Source of the DNA: an uncultured Pseudomonadota bacterium | GTDB lineage: Bacteria; Oederibacteriota; Muellerivitia; Muellerivitales; Muellerivitaceae | Length of the DNA: 64,000 nucleotides | Assembly: GCA_963843375.1 (NCBI GenBank) | Contig: CAWJKT010000001.1 | Span: 160,001 to 224,000, forward strand | Direction of reading: 5' to 3' | Shown: piece after piece, positions 61,730 through 64,000 of the stretch | Position numbering within the stretch: position 1 is the first letter of the stretch | How the letters are laid out: every line of letters begins with the position of its first letter | The notes under the pieces: generated by a model | What the model saw: only the letters and a program-made list of their open reading frames with translations | Told to the model about the DNA's origin: nothing | The model's database searches: none | Made by a program: the position numbers and the translations under genes

Positions 61730-62830
61730 ATGTTCGAGGATAAAGAAAAGCTTGGTTTGGAGAATAAAGTGAAGATTACAGTATATTTCGATCCCAAAGA
61801 CGTGAAGCCGACGGTTGTTCAAAACGCTACGGTCGTATTAGCCGATGTTCTTCGAGCTTCTACCACCATTGCGGTTTATCTTTACCATGGCGCCGCTGGC
61901 GTAGCCCTTTGCTCCGACCCCGGGGCGGCTAAAAAAATATTTGAAAAGCAAAAGCGCGGGGAAGGCCTTTTGGCCGGAGAACGCGACTGGGATAAGATAC
62001 CCGGTTTTCACCTGGGCGGCTCACCCCTGGATTCAAGCCGCGAAAAAGTAAAAGACCGGGTTGTGGCCTTTAGCACTCCCACACCGTTGAAAATTGTTAA
62101 AAACGCCAAGCATGTGGTAATGGGTTCTTTCGTCAATTTGGATGATGTTTATGATTCCTGTCTTCGAGGAAAACGGGATGTGGTGATCGTTTGCGCCGGA
62201 GGTCCGGAAGATTCGGCTTTCGCCGGAATGCTGGCTGATTTCCTCCAGAACACCTTGAGCTCCACACCTATCCTATTAGCAGAAAGCGCCAAGGAAGCGG
62301 TGGCACTTTATAAGCCCTGGCAGGGTAGGATCGTGGATCTTTTGAGGGAATCGCCGGAAGGAAAATCCCTTGTTCAAAAGGGCTTCGCCAAAGACCTGGA
62401 TTTTGCCGCCAAGGTCAGTCGTACCTCCGCTGTTCCCTATTTGAAAGACGATTTGTTTTTGAAGGAGGACACTCCCAAGCGGAAGTGGCTGGAAGACGCT
62501 AAAAAACCTACCACTCCCCAGAAGGGCAAGTCCATCAAGATTACCGCGCCCCTATTCCCCAAAAATCCCGAGCATCCGGTTCCGGGAGCTGAAAAGGGTG
62601 GCAAAAAGGGAGCCTCGGTAGCGGACGCCAAAAAGCACGAAGAGAAAAAAGGGGACGAGAAAAAGCACTCCGATAAAAAAGTGGATAAGAAGGCGGATAA
62701 AACCGCGGCAGCCCCCAAGAAGGCCGAGGTAAAAGGGACCCTTGTGAAACCCAAGAAAGTTCCCAAACCTATGTTCAGCAAAAAAACGGTGGCGAACGCT
62801 CCGGTTAAGATGATCCGGAAAGAACGATAA
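61730..62830 (+). CDS. 2-phosphosulfolactate phosphatase (ComB)-like protein with Lys-rich tail
   Basis: DVLRASTTI, LAGER...IPGF.LG.SP, IVCAG, ED..FAG; about 120-aa Lys/Pro-rich C-terminus. Confidence 0.78.
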   Translation: MFEDKEKLGLENKVKITVYFDPKDVKPTVVQNATVVLADVLRASTTIAVYLYHGAAGVALCSDPGAAKKIFEKQKRGEGLLAGERDWDKIPGFHLGGSPLDSSREKVKDRVVAFSTPTPLKIVKNAKHVVMGSFVNLDDVYDSCLRGKRDVVIVCAGGPEDSAFAGMLADFLQNTLSSTPILLAESAKEAVALYKPWQGRIVDLLRESPEGKSLVQKGFAKDLDFAAKVSRTSAVPYLKDDLFLKEDTPKRKWLEDAKKPTTPQKGKSIKITAPLFPKNPEHPVPGAEKGGKKGASVADAKKHEEKKGDEKKHSDKKVDKKADKTAAAPKKAEVKGTLVKPKKVPKPMFSKKTVANAPVKMIRKER

Positions 62831-62869
62831 TCGAAAGCACGGGATAGATAGCTTCCTGAGGCGGTTTTC

Positions 62870-63295
62870 ATGAAATCCCAGCCCGCAAATGTAGGGGTAT
62901 TGAGGGCGCTTGATGCTAATTGCAATCGGGCGCGAGAGGGTTTTCGAGTCGCAGAGGACGTGGCCCGTTTCGTCCTTGATGATTACAAACTTTTGATCCG
63001 ATTAAAAAAACTTCGCCATGGAATCACTAGCGCTGAGAAATCCCTGTTCCAATCCAACGAAATACGCCAGGCCGCCCGAAATGTGGAAAAAGACCTGGGT
63101 CGTGGAAACAAAGAAAAAAACGAAAAAATTCGATCCACGCCCCAGGAACTTTTAAAGGCTAATCTCAAACGGGCCCAGGAAGCCTTGAGATCCTTGGAAG
63201 AGTTCTCCAAACTGTTAAAACATCCGGCTTGCGCTCATTTCAAGAAACTGCGCTACGAATGTTATAAGATTGAAGAGGAGCTCAACCTAGGGTGA
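62870..63295 (+). CDS. Stand-alone ThiD2 (ThiE N-terminal-like) domain protein
   Basis: RALDANCNRAREGFRVAED..RF, R....D.G, ANLKRAQEALRSLEEFSK, RYECY..E. Confidence 0.82.
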   Translation: MKSQPANVGVLRALDANCNRAREGFRVAEDVARFVLDDYKLLIRLKKLRHGITSAEKSLFQSNEIRQAARNVEKDLGRGNKEKNEKIRSTPQELLKANLKRAQEALRSLEEFSKLLKHPACAHFKKLRYECYKIEEELNLG

Positions 63296-63299
63296 TTGG

Positions 63300-63328
63300 T
63301 TGCAATCCCCTGTAGCCATCGGTATGCT
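63300..63328 (+). promoter_or_regulatory. sigma70-type promoter of thiC
   Basis: TTGCAA-17 bp-TATGCT. Confidence 0.6.
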
Positions 63329-63434
63329 GTCTTATTAATAAATTAGCTCAATTCCACGAACGCGGGAGTGGAACTTAACGCCAAAGGGCGTGATGAATAC
63401 ACCCCTACCAGCACAATTCAAGCAAGGAATAAAA

Positions 63435-64000
63435 ATGGGAACCGATAACGGAAAAGGTAAGCAGTCTCTTCAGGAGGGAATTACTCGAACGCCTTTCCCG
63501 GGTTCACGTAAACATTATGTGGATGGAAAAATCCATCATCTCCATGTTCCCATGCGGGAAATTCAATTGAGCCCCACCAAAACGGAAAAGGGAATGGAAG
63601 AAAACGTTCCTCTTTGTGTCTATGACACCAGCGGTCCCTACACCGATCCAAATGTCACCATTGACTTGCGCAAGGGACTCGATCCCATTCGGAAAGAATG
63701 GATTTTGGATCGTGGAGATGTGGAGGAAGTAACGTCTTTTTATCAAGGGAGCCCCGCGCCTGGCGTGGAAGCTTTTCCAGCCGCCTCCCGTCGCAAGCCC
63801 CTGAAAGCCAAGAAGGACGGCAATGTCAGCCAGATGCATTACGCCAAGAAGGGTGTTATTACCCCCGAAATGGAATATATCGCCATTCGGGAAAATCAAC
63901 TGTCCCAGGAAAGGGTTGAGAAGGGCCGTTTTCACAAAGGTCAGGCTTTTGGGGCCATCATGCCCGCCATCATCACGCCCGAATTCGTCCGGGACGAGGT
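63435..64000 (+). CDS. thiC: Phosphomethylpyrimidine synthase, long form (runs off window; absent from ORF track)
   Basis: Translated by hand: PFPGSRKHYV..VPMREIQL..VYDTSGPYTDP..GL..IR..WI..RGD..SQMHYAKKGVITPEMEYIAIRE..ITPEFVRDE. Confidence 0.95.
   Translation, partial: MGTDNGKGKQSLQEGITRTPFPGSRKHYVDGKIHHLHVPMREIQLSPTKTEKGMEENVPLCVYDTSGPYTDPNVTIDLRKGLDPIRKEWILDRGDVEEVTSFYQGSPAPGVEAFPAASRRKPLKAKKDGNVSQMHYAKKGVITPEMEYIAIRENQLSQERVEKGRFHKGQAFGAIMPAIITPEFVRDE

Noticed and set aside
63032..63044. GCTGAGAAATCCC resembling a TPP riboswitch core
   Set aside because: Lies inside the ThiD2 coding sequence, upstream of the thiC promoter, and lacks the downstream CCUGAU half

Overview
Chromosomal window from a probably diderm bacterium (GT9 heptosyltransferase-like gene present). 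I recognised no rRNA, tRNA, CRISPR array, integrase or transposase. Gene order: LacI regulator (partial), DUF4912, GH57, ROK kinase, a small secreted Ala/Lys protein, ilvD and bcp. Next is a tightly coupled minus-strand envelope-glycosylation operon (GT4, UPF0104 flippase-like, GT2, three tandem YfhO-type GT-C proteins, FkbM methyltransferase, a Ser/Ser DapF, a fourth YfhO), with a divergent ArnT/GT39-like gene. Then come stress-type small genes, three B12-binding radical SAM genes around a UDP-glucuronate decarboxylase, an NHL protein, dksA-like, lemA, a 1024-aa Thr-rich secreted protein with FlgD/CTD-like ends, GT9, a haem cluster (hemD-hemE fusion, hemH, hemY), the four-gene Anbu operon with a sigma54-type promoter, a second glycan cluster with asnB, efp-accB-accC, a degenerate ComB-like gene, a stand-alone ThiD2 domain and the 5' part of thiC. 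About ten genes carry frameshifts, most likely consensus errors. Best candidates for something new: (1) a multi-GT-C glycosylation/methylation system possibly acting on mucin-like secreted proteins, and (2) a structured ~100-nt thiC leader that is not a TPP riboswitch. All family calls are by motif recognition only; no database searches were run.
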